A stretch of 50,017 bases of DNA. Source: Chromera velia (Eukaryota). Positions within the stretch are counted from its first letter, which is position 1. Every line of letters begins with the position of its first letter. The stretch is taken from positions 1 through 50,017 of the forward strand of contig JAHBMJ010000323.1 in assembly GCA_018398765.1 (NCBI GenBank). Direction: 5' to 3'. A model generated the notes under the pieces. The model worked only from the letters and a program-made list of their open reading frames with translations, was not told the DNA's origin and did no database searches. This document shows, piece after piece, positions 40,641-50,017 of this stretch. Both the position numbers and the translations under genes were made by a program.

Positions 40641-43039
40641 GTTAAATTGAACCCCGTATGGATCAAAGTTGAGAAGGCACACAGCCGTCCAGAAACGTGC
40701 TGCGGTTGACTGATTGAAGTCAAACTTATGGAAAAGAAGTTAGTCAGAAGCCGGGTAAGAGGGCCGAAGGGCTTAGGGCTCTTTAGGAGGCAAAAAGGTT
40801 AAGAGACTTGAAGAAAGCTACCAGGGCGGTTCCAGTCAAGTGACTTGTACACAGCTTGCAGAGCTGTCAAGCTGGCAGATCGAAGTCTGATCAAAAAGTC
40901 TAGCTGCAGGTATACCAGTGACAAAACGGTTATTGCAGGCTTAATCTGCATCGTTCATATTCACTGTATCATAGCTCACAACAATAAAACCTTTAATTGA
41001 CAAACCTAACGTTGCATAGTATATAATGTTTATGATTTAGTTGAGTTATATATAGGTTAGGATTTTAGATGATTTTAGATTAAATTCCCCAAAATCCTTA
41101 ATTTTTAGAGGCAAAACGAGAATGAGTTAGATATTTATATTAATGGTGCTCATGGTTTTAATATACTAGTTAATGTAGAGCTAGAAGTACAGTTCAAGTA
41201 CTATTAAAATCGTTTCCCAATTCAGTATATAGTCACGGCTAGCTTGCAAGACATTAACCTTTAAACCTTTGATCATTGGTTTAAAATCTGAGCTATAAGT
41301 AGAAATATTAAATGAAAATCTAATAGTCCGCTAGATTTCTATATAGCTTCCTATAAAATTTGGTAAAATCTTTTTATAGTTTTTGAATGGAAAGGGGTTG
41401 ACAATTATAAAAACCTGGCTAAAATTCCATAAAATTTTTTAAACTCCTAGCATAAAATCCTATAACACCCTAGCTGTATTTGCAGTATTGTGTTAAACTT
41501 TAATTTCTATAGTCTTCAAACAGAACCATGCAGTTTTGCATATATTTTTATTATTAAAATTTAAAACTAGACTTAAAATTGATTATCAATATTATACATT
41601 CTACATTGCCGTACAGTTAGCTGTGCAGTACCGTAGTAATTAACGTGATACTAGGGCCTAAGCTCTGCGTGCTGGTCTAGGTGCTGGTAAGCTAGGCTGT
41701 TAAACCAGCGTAACCGCATGTTACGTAAACTTCTTTTCAATTAAATTAGGTAGAATTCAGCCAACCTGAGCCATGAAGAGATGCTGACCACGCCGAAAAT
41801 TGGCCCGAAATGGCTTACATTTGCTTTCGATTACAGGATTCAATGATCAAAGGATTGTTGTTGTAACATTCAATGGTCGATCTTGTTTGGAAGAGTAATA
41901 GTAAGCCACCGCTTGTGCTCTGGCCGCAAGCTATTCAAGTCCACGGCCTAGTCCATCGCAGAAGGCCCCAACTCCTCTTCATATCTTTTGAGTGCCCCAG
42001 CAGATCGAGATCGAATTAAAGGGCCACTGTCATTGGCATGTACCACTGCAGGCACTCATGACCGACTCATTCTGCTGCCCTGCTGAAGTTGAGCCCGTGT
42101 CTCTCTCTGTCAACATGAGAGGTTTCTTCACAGGTGAGAGCAGTGGAATGACCGAGCTCCCTGAAGGTCCTCTGCCCTTTTCGTCCCTTGAACCAATGTG
42201 CGTTTTTGGGAGAGGCAAACTCAACTCCCGCTCTCTGCTTTCCAGAAATTTCAGCAGGACCTCCTGTTCTCCTACACCACACGGAGAGGCATCCGAGGGG
42301 GCAGCCTCGGCGGATGGGCTCTTCCTCCTCTTGACCTGCCAGCTGTCGGACGCTCTGTTGGTCTCTCTGAAGCGGAGGGATCTCCTTGGGGTCCACGTTG
42401 AGGTCTTGGGGTGAGTTCTTCGCTTCTTTCTTCTGGGTTTGGAGGGCGGCTCCGTCGGGGTGCGTCTGGCTGATGTTCTTCCCATCGGCTTGGGACAAGG
42501 CTTTGGTCTCCTGTGGCTCAGCTGAACCCTCTTTGTTGGAGAGAGGAGGAGGGCGGGCTGTCGAGTTGAATTTCTCTTTGGGTGAGGGGGATCTCTCTTC
42601 TGATTCTGTCCCTGTCTGTGGGTCTATCTGAATCTCTGCTCGCAGCTCGTCCAGAAGAGAGGACCGCCACCCGTCCGCAGCGTTGGAGGAAAAATCGGCG
42701 TCCTCGAGGAGGGAGGCGAAGAGGAGAGAAGCCTGTGAGGAGAACGAGGGGAAGAGTGAGACGTGCATGTGGAAAGGCAAAGCAGGTCCTTCTGTAATCC
42801 ATCATTATCCATGCTGCAAGTGACGGTCAAACAGCACTGTTGTGTGTGTGTGTGTGTGTGTGCCTGTGTGCAAGTGAGCTGGCGAGCTCCCCACGCTCAC
42901 TTCAGTCTGCTTCTGTAACGCCCCGGTTCCCTCTTTGAATGATGCATCGAAATGTTTGCACTCTTCGATCTGTAGCATGATGCTGCCGGCTGAGTGAAAT
43001 GAACGAAGCGACAGTCTGCATGTCACTTCATGCACTGAC

Positions 43040-44257
43040 CTGATTCTCCTGCTTCAGCTGCCCATGCTTCTGTTCTGCCCTGATCGGGGCACCAGGGTAA
43101 GCAGGAGCTTGGTTGGCCCTGATATCTGTCACTGCTTCCTCCTGTGCTGCCACAGGACCCTCCCCCCCTGTTCCGGGAGTAGACTGAACCTCCCCTCCGA
43201 AGAAGGCCGACCAAGAGAAGGAAAGGGAGAACGGCCACCACACGGTGGATGCCTGCAGCTGGTTCCGTGAAGTCCCTCTCCGAGGCAGTTCACCCAGACT
43301 TCCACTGCGGGGATATGGGACCCCGATGGCACGATTGGTTGCTGAATTCGTTCTCCCGTGTCGGAGGTCGGACACACGTTCCGGCATGAAAGTGATCTGC
43401 TCCTCATAGTCGACCGCGCGGATGGAGCCATACGTCCCGCCTCCGTCTACCTCGTATTCTGGTTGAAACTGGTAGGCGTACGAGTCGTACGGTGACATGC
43501 TGGAGAATCCTCCAGTGTACCGAGCTTTCAACGAGCCGATACGAGTTTGGGAGACCATTGTGGAGAGGTCCCCTATGCCTTCGTGAGGCGTGTAGCTGTT
43601 GATCCTACTTCTGATGCCATACGCATTCGCTTCTCTGTGAAAGATTGCTTCAGTCTGAAGACCCGCAGCGACGTAGTGGAAGGCCCAGCCAGAGTTGTTC
43701 TCCCGGGCAGAGATGAGCCTCTTCACGCTCTGTCGTGTCTGGGTGACACTTGCGTTTTCATGTCCGTCAGTCAGAATGGCGATAATGACTTTGGGCTCAG
43801 TGGTGTTTGGGGGAAGAGAATCAATGATCTGGTCTGTTGTCTGGATTGCAGACGCGATCGCATCGCACAGGGCCGTTTGGGACTTTGTACGGTAGTTTTG
43901 ATTGGTCAGAGGAGGCACGTCGTTGATGTCGAGGTTCCTGTACATGGCGGAAGGGGTGTTCGAGAAGGTAATCAGAGTCATGCGGGGAGGTGCCAAACCG
44001 CTTTCCGGAGTTTGGAGGAGCTCCTGCTCCTCCACGAAGCGGTTGAAGCTCTCGATGGTCTCCCGTTTTGTCGACTCCATGCTGCGAGAAGAGTCCAAGA
44101 CGAACGTGATGAAGGTAGGAGTCGAGGTAGGTGGCTGGGAAGGCAAGGGAGCTTCGTTCGAAGTTGCAAATGCAACGCGACTGGTACTCGGGGGCTCCCG
44201 ATCTCCCGCAGTCTTGCCTGGTTTAGTTCTGCCGAAATCCGAGTTCTTGTTTGACAT
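43040..44257 (-). CDS. von Willebrand factor A domain protein (first exon; low-complexity downstream exons toward ~42000 unresolved)
   Basis: MIDAS motif FVLDSSRSM, TALCDAI, IIAILTDGHENAS, WAFHYVAA; CAG|GTCAGT donor at 43040. Confidence 0.8.
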
Positions 44258-44636
44258 CCTTTAAAGATTGGTTAGAGCACACTGAGAGCAGTGGACTTCA
44301 CAGGAAATTCGGATGTACTACGGACTGTCAATGAGTCATGCATGAAACAACGAAATTTAATCCTGTTGTTGCATGCAGTGTGTAACTCCAAAAAATACGA
44401 GCAAATATCGGCTGCTGGAAACAGACTGTGTAAATCGACTTTGAGAAGACTTACGGAGAGAGGAACATACTCAGCTCTGTACGTAAAAGAGGCCTTTTTT
44501 TCAAAAACCGTCAGCATGCATGCATGCATGTGCACATGTGTACGTGATACACGCAACTTGTTGGGTGAGTGCCTCGCGGGGCCCGGGGGCACCGGTGGTT
44601 CGAATTATATATCGTGATCCTGCGCACGCGGCCGTG

Positions 44637-45926
44637 CATCGCCTCGGGGGGCAGCTCAGCTCTGCTGAGATCAGCCGAGAGGCCCTGAGATCGCACGGAT
44701 CCGCATAACGCATTTTTTCATTTTTGGGGGGGGGGGGTTCGGTTCTGTCTCTGTCCGTCCGTCACGGTATCGCCCAAATCTGACGTAAGCAAGCTTGCGA
44801 ACGGCCCCGGAAAGCAAGAAAAATGAGAACTGCACGATTGACGTACGCCGGCCATGGTGCTGCATTGCATGGTGCATACATGGTAGCGCCGANNNNNNNN
44901 NNNNNNNNNNNNNNNNNNNNNNNNNNNNNNNNNNNNNNNNNNNNNNNNNNNNNNNNNNNNNNNNNNNNNNNNNNNNNNNNNNNNNNNNNNNNNNNNNNNN
45001 NNNNNNNNNNNNNNNNNNNNNNNNNNNNNNNNNNNNNNNNNNNNNNNNNNNNNNNNNNNNNNNNNNNNNNNNNNNNNNNNNNNNNNNNNNNNNNNNNNNN
45101 NNNNNNNNNNNNNNNNNNNNNNNNNNNNNNNNNNNNNNNNNNNNNNNNNNNNNNNNNNNNNNNNNNNNNNNNNNNNNNNNCCCCCCCCCCCGTAAGAAAA
45201 AAACCCGGGGTTGAGCAGATCTGAAACCCGGCCATCTGACGCATGCATAGCGTAAATCCAGCCTTTCGGGGCCGGGTTTTTGACAAAAGACTAGCGTGCA
45301 TGCATACGGGCTGGGGTATTTTTGTTTTGTAAGTGCCCCCCGCTTCGCTTTCTAGAGCCATTCCAAAATGTGCCCCTCAAGCAAGTCGCACGGAGCAGCG
45401 ATCACATTATAATTACTTCGCTCCTCATAATACGTGCCCCTCAAGTAACTCGCATAGAGTTGTACATGCGTGGCCCCAAAAAATATATTTTGCGCACATT
45501 GCCGTAGCCCCCGTCACTTTATACAGGCAAGACATGCCCAAGTCCTAGGCCCAAGTCGATCCTTGATGTTTTGCATCAATCAAGTTGGCCGACCCCCTAA
45601 ATGGCCCCCCAAGGCACTCACCCAACTGGTTGGGTGTATCCTGTGTTTATGCATGTAAGTATATGCAATCTTAGGGCCTCCGCAGGCCGGGTTGAGCTGC
45701 CCTCCGAGGCGAAAAGTATTTGGTCTATTACTCCATGCGAGCTGCTTAAGGCGCACTTTTCACTAATGACGATATGGTTTATGACAGACAGAGACATGCA
45801 GAACCAAACTAAACCGAACCCCCCCCCCAAAAAAAGAAAAAATGCATTATGCGACTGCGTGCAATCTCAGGGCCTCTCGGTTGATCTCAGTAGCTAGCTA
45901 GAGCTGAGTTGCCCCCCGAGGCGATA
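44637..45926. mobile_element. TIR element with ~120-bp inverted arms, CATC termini, TG flanks; spans an assembly gap
   Basis: CATCGCCTCGGGGGGCAGCTCAGCTC.. versus ..GAGCTGAGTTGCCCCCCGAGGCGATA; arms ~44637-44755 and ~45790-45926. Confidence 0.7.
44893..45180. other. Assembly gap (N run); smaller gap at 10029-10047
   Basis: N bases. Confidence 1.
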
Positions 45927-46664
45927 TGTGTTTTATAGGTATTTACGCGCCGTCGCGTGCTCGCCCAGCTGCAGGAATGCGCTCGAGCAAATTTCCTACA
46001 TGTAGGCAGAGTTGGCTATATAGGTGTTAAGTGAGAGTGCGACAACATTCACAAACAAAAGGATAGCAAAAAACCCCGCCCACTACTGCCTACCTAACAC
46101 CAAACACCTGAGCCCTATATGACTGCATGTGGAAAACTAAGGAAAACATACACCATACACTAGCTGCTGTATGGTTAAACTTTATAATACTAACTCAGAA
46201 AATAAATGTACTACTTTAATATAGTGTGATATAGTATGACCTATTGTAAATTTGATTGCAAGGTGGGTTCAATCGATACTACATTCGATGAGTTTTCCAG
46301 TTGAGAGAGAACGATAGAGAATAAAAATATGCATACAACCTTTTTAGGGGCAGACTTGCATATTTCTGAGTAACTCCTCATCCAAAAAAGGCTCACCGAC
46401 TTAGTTGTAGCTCAGAGAACGCTGTTCTAGGCAGAAAACAATAAAAAAAGTTCTAAAGGTAGAAAATAAAAAATATGTAAACAAGTAATAAGTTATACTA
46501 ACAACAGGTGTTGTAGGGGCTGTGCGCAAACAACCATATTCTAAATGAGTTCATACTATTACACACCCCTAGACACACCCTTAAGTTCTATACATTAATT
46601 TTATGTATGGTACCGTATAGTACTAGATATGATAAAGAAATGATTGACTTATTGATATGATAGG

Positions 46665-48558
46665 TGTTGCGTACCACTCAAATGGCCCGACCTGCCGTGT
46701 CGGCGCCTGTGATCTGCGTGCACTTCAGCTTGATAGGACTGAGCGATTTATACCGTCTCGTGTATCCTACGGCGCCCTTAAGCTACCGATCGATCGACCA
46801 AATTGTCTGAGTGAAGATCGTATCTGAAGTCTAGCTGTTTTGAGGTACTATTCTGTCTGAACGCTAGTCTGAACGATGAACTGACACTCTTAGGAGTCCG
46901 GATCTGATATTAACTTAAAGGCCTAATAAACTGTGAGTTGACTTGCGCTAGCCCTATATATAAGATAGTAGCAGAGCTTGTCTATCGCCGCTCTTTTGAT
47001 TTCTAAATGCTAGCCACTGCCCCGGAGTTATTTGTTTTCCCTTCTGACTTCGGAAAATAAGAACAGTTGAGAGTTGATAGAGAGAAAGACACGACTTAAA
47101 AGTATCTTACTCTTCCCGTCTCCTTTTTAGAACGAGACTCGTTTGCGCGCTCGACAAGATTTTCCCTCATAGAGAGTGATGGATGGGAATCTTCCGAACA
47201 AGAATGCTTCATCGTCATCAAGATCAACAGAGAAGACGTGGAAGCCGACCAGGCTGAGTCTCAGATCTGGGCTCAGATTGTGGCCTCGCGTTACTGGTAG
47301 CTTTTTCTTCTTCTCGTACTCAGTTAAGCTGGCAGTGCACATCCTGACAAAACCCGCGAATGACTTTTTGTTTTGCAGTCACTTCATTTATATCGATTAG
47401 ACGCTGCTGGTTGAATCGAACTGCACCTCACCCGACCTCCCTGAACCTAACTACCACTTAAAAGTTCAAGCCGCATTTTTGGATAAGCTTGAAAGTCCAC
47501 ACCGCAGGCATGGATCATTTACATTGTCTTGAAAGCCAAAGCCACATATCTGGACGGTGTTTTGACCGTGTACGCTGCAAGTGTAGACGGTCTCCTGAAA
47601 AATGATGCCGCAGATAGAGATCATCTTGATTATATTTTTTGAAGTGAGACTTAGGTTCAGGGAAGTTCCTCACCCTAGCTTTGATTTGAAAGCTTGCCTT
47701 GATTTCTTTTCTTTGCCTCTCTTTGTCCACCTTCCTGAGAATGAAACAAAACTCTGACTGTCACAGTATTCTGCAAATGTGCGCGTATGCTAGCGTATGC
47801 CCATAAAAGACACGGCCGTTCATACCGCTTTTGCCATAAAGTTTTCTGTAATACATGCTGCATCCCTGATATAGCATTTCGAGAAAAGAATGAAGTAGAA
47901 AGAAAATGAAGGATGCAGTTCTTCCTTTATCCGTTTCCTTCTTGAAAGCTTCTGTACATCCATGCTGATCGCATTCACTTCAGTATCAAGCGTGCAAGAA
48001 AGGGGGGGTTATATACATACACTCGCAAGTAGGCTTTTTTGTTGCCTTACTTCAAGTTGCCCGAGGTTGCCATGGTCAGAAAGGAGGAACCGGAAGCTTT
48101 TGGTTGTCTAAGCAACTTGCTTTGCTTCAAGTTGCCTAAGGTTGGTCAGAAAGGAGAAACCTGTTTTGCTACGAGTGTTTCATATCCCTGCCTGATCTAC
48201 TTCCTTCGAGTTACCACCTGGTTTGGCCAGAAAGGAGAAACGTTTCTCATATGACTGATCTGATGCTGGACTCCCTTTTTTCCCCCCTCAATTCAACTTC
48301 CTCCCTCCTTCCTCGAATCGCATCCCTCTATATTTCAAAAGACAAATCGAGAAAGAAAAGAATGGACAATCTGTGTTGCCACTGTTGCGTACCGCCCGAA
48401 TGGCCCGACCTGCCATGTCGGCACCCGCGATCTGCACGTACTTCAGCCTGATGGGATTGAGCGATTTATACCATCTCGTACGCCTTACGACGCCAACTCA
48501 CGGCGCCCTACCGATCGATCAACCAAATTGTCTGAGTCAAGATCATATCTGAAGTCTA
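46665..48558 (+). repeat. Diverged ~170-bp direct repeats starting TGTTG (46665-46833, 48383-48558); possible degraded LTR element
   Basis: Both copies run TGTTGCGTACC..AATGGCCCGACCTGCC..TCTGAAGTCTA; differences mostly transitions. Confidence 0.65.
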
Positions 48559-48647
48559 TGCTAGCTCTGTAAACAACAATAGAAAAGGTCTAGGGAAAAG
48601 TTCTGACACCTTTTGATACCTAGGCCCTAGCCTAGGCCTGGGGCCCT

Positions 48648-49059
48648 CCCTACAAAAAAACATGGAAATCTGTGGAAAATGTGTGGAAAATCATAGTGAA
48701 AGGGGGAAACCGCATTTAAGATCCGTTCCTAGCATGTCCGCCTCTCTCTTACTCTTCCTTCCATTATCCCTTCCATCTACGCACCGTTGCAACACCTCTA
48801 GCTATATTGCATCACGCTAAGTTCTAGTTGATCGATCAGTCTAGTGAAATCCAAGGGAAATTGATGAGAAATCTAACGTGGGAAATAAATGGAAAAAGGA
48901 TCGGAAATTAATGGAAATCCTAGGGAAATCTGTAGGAAATTTCAGCCCAGATTTCGCATCAATTTCCCATAGAATTCCCTAAGATTTCCCTTGGATTTCA
49001 TTAGGAGTTCCCATCAACTTCCCACAGATTCCCTACGATTTCCATATTTTTTTGTAGGG
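48648..49059. mobile_element. CMC/EnSpm-like MITE (CCC...GGG, 2-bp CT TSD)
   Basis: CT|CCCTACAAAAAAACATGGAAATC ... GATTTCCATATTTTTTTGTAGGG|CT; internal GGAAAT/ATTTCC repeats. Confidence 0.75.
48702..48841 (-). mobile_element. 140-bp 3'-terminal copy of the RLE non-LTR element with 8-bp TSD
   Basis: Similar to ~25286-25410 (CTAGCATGTCCGCCTC, CCTTCCATCTAC, CTAAGTTCTA); TAGTGAAA at 48694-48701 and 48842-48849. Confidence 0.75.
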
Positions 49060-49324
49060 CTGAAAGGTTGCTCTAAAACGCTCTATCTACATCATTGCAG
49101 GTATCTGAACCACCTCTCACCGGTGCAAATCGAAGCCCGGCAGTGGACCGCGGAGTAATCCGGAACATTAGTTCTATCCTATCCTAATGGACTTTTTTCT
49201 CCCAATTTCTATTAGCTTTATTACTTTAATTAACTTGTAGACAACACACACACGCACACACACGCACACACACGCAAACGCACGCACACGCACACGCACA
49301 CGCACACGCACACGCACACACACA

Positions 49325-49368
<44 letters not shown>

Positions 49369-49408
49369 ATACACAAAGGTTTTTCTCGCGCAGTTAGCGC
49401 GTAGAGAG

Positions 49409-50017
49409 TTAGCAATTCACTACGTCAGGCCACCCCTTCCTCAGGACCGCTTTCGCTGGTTCTCGAATTTTGTTATCTCCGATGCTGACTTTGGAGAGAG
49501 AGGGGATCCTTCCTGACCCTAGGAGGTCTGCCAAACTCTCAACCACTCCCTCGGAGAGGTTGTTCGAAGAAACGTCGAGATGCTCCAATGGTGGGGGGCA
49601 CTTGCTCTTCCAGGCATCGGTTAGTGCCTTCAGCCCCTCGTCAATGAGGGAACAATGAATGAGTTTCAGGGTGCTCAAGCGGGGGAGCTTCTCTTCGTCA
49701 AGAGTAGCAGAGAGCGCCCCTGCCTGCGTCTCAAGGCAGACATCATTCAGGGTCAGCTCGGACAGGGAAGAGAGCTTCCCACTCCCAAGCCCTGCACAGA
49801 GGCAGAGAAGACCAGGGACGTCCCCAATGGTTCTCACCTTCAAAGCCTGCAGTTTGTTCAGGTGCGGGGAGGCTAGGGAGACGCAGAACGCTGAGATCTT
49901 CACGGGCACATTGGGATCATAGGTTGCAAGCTGGAAGGAGACATCAATGCTTCGCAACGAACCTGCGTGGGGAGAAGCGAGGCTCAAGGCAAGCGCTTGG
50001 CATTCCTGAATTTGGGC
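49409..50017 (-). CDS. C-terminal part of an RNI-like LRR protein (5' part outside window)
   Basis: [56 protein letters not shown]. Confidence 0.8.
   Translation of the reverse strand, partial: AQIQECQALALSLASPHAGSLRSIDVSFQLATYDPNVPVKISAFCVSLASPHLNKLQALKVRTIGDVPGLLCLCAGLGSGKLSSLSELTLNDVCLETQAGALSATLDEEKLPRLSTLKLIHCSLIDEGLKALTDAWKSKCPPPLEHLDVSSNNLSEGVVESLADLLGSGRIPSLSKVSIGDNKIREPAKAVLRKGWPDVVNC

Overview
Eukaryotic, intron-rich DNA with GT-AG introns and microsatellite-filled introns. A signal-peptide + Phe-initial transit-peptide protein, TGCATGCA motifs and RNI-like LRR genes suggest a complex-plastid alveolate, most like the chromerid Chromera (inference). GC-rich genes: diacylglycerol kinase (5'-truncated), FAD-dependent squalene epoxidase head-to-head with PP1 catalytic subunit, an orphan gene head-to-head with a plastid-targeted RlmN-family methyltransferase, two RNI-like LRR genes (one frameshifted) and a vWA-domain gene. 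These alternate with AT/TpA-rich transposon blocks: a full-length copia-type LTR element with unusual AG...CT ends and a 5-bp TSD nested in two TIR elements, RLE-type non-LTR fragments, several MITEs and a TIR element carrying a spliced gene fragment. The strongest unexplained signal is a repeat-associated CpA->TpA transition bias (LTR pair, TIR arms, six in-frame TAG stops in one unbroken retroelement frame) resembling fungal repeat-induced point mutation (RIP). Exon boundaries and mismatch counts were read by eye.
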